Virus record (IMG/VR): IMGVR_UViG_3300015201_000005
Coordinates: 1-37,209 of that record
DNA: 37,209 nt
Source of the DNA: a virus
Taxonomy: Duplodnaviria; Caudoviricetes
Strand: one strand, 5' to 3'
Shown: piece by piece, positions 37,130-37,209 of the stretch
Layout of the letters: each line of letters begins with the position of its first letter
How positions within the stretch are numbered: position 1 is the stretch's first letter
Program-made: the position numbers and the translations under genes
Notes under the pieces: model-generated
Told to the model about the DNA's origin: nothing
The model's input: the letters and a program-made list of their open reading frames with translations, nothing else
Database searches by the model: none

Positions 37130-37209
37130 TTTTCCACTCCATCAGTTGATTTGAAGATACGGTTCCAACCGTCTACAGTGATGCCAGTCTTAATGAACTC
37201 ACGCTCATC
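37126..37209 (-). CDS. 3' end of a small protein truncated by the window edge
   Basis: DEREFIKTGITVDGWNRIFKSTDGVEK-stop, with ATGA overlap into the RHH gene. Confidence 0.55.
   Translation of the reverse strand, partial: DEREFIKTGITVDGWNRIFKSTDGVEK

Noticed and set aside
1-37209. Stop-codon reassignment, since many genes end in TAG
   Set aside because: Genes tile densely under the standard code, and TAG stops are followed directly by SD/start of the next gene.

Overview
The window is a gene-dense ~37 kb piece of a tailed dsDNA phage genome with podovirus-type (short, non-contractile tail) organisation. No tape-measure, sheath, integrase, tRNA, CRISPR or reverse-transcriptase signal is visible. 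The + strand (1-28282) is the virion module: terminase large subunit, four small or unusual genes, portal, scaffold, major capsid, head-tail adaptor, tail nozzle, a multi-gene receptor-binding (RBP) cluster, a GNAT-like gene and three ejection-type proteins. The - strand (28314-37209) is a convergent replication/recombination module: DUF3987-like helicase, a UDG-like/3'-5' exonuclease/family A polymerase fusion, a cold-shock-domain protein, an acidic peptide, SSB, Sak4-like ATPase, P-loop kinase, PD-(D/E)XK nuclease and an RHH protein. The best candidate for an undescribed system is modular tail assembly by peptide complementation in trans: the nozzle looks split over three genes with its middle piece on the C-terminus of an AT-rich RBP, and a triple RISQLPVEV peptide may complete a neighbouring jelly-roll protein. 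Also notable are a polymerase with non-canonical motifs and an SSB-type DDDIPF tail, clamp-binding-like motifs, and two G-U-rich intergenic RNA structures. All family calls come from motif recognition by eye and gene order; no searches were run.
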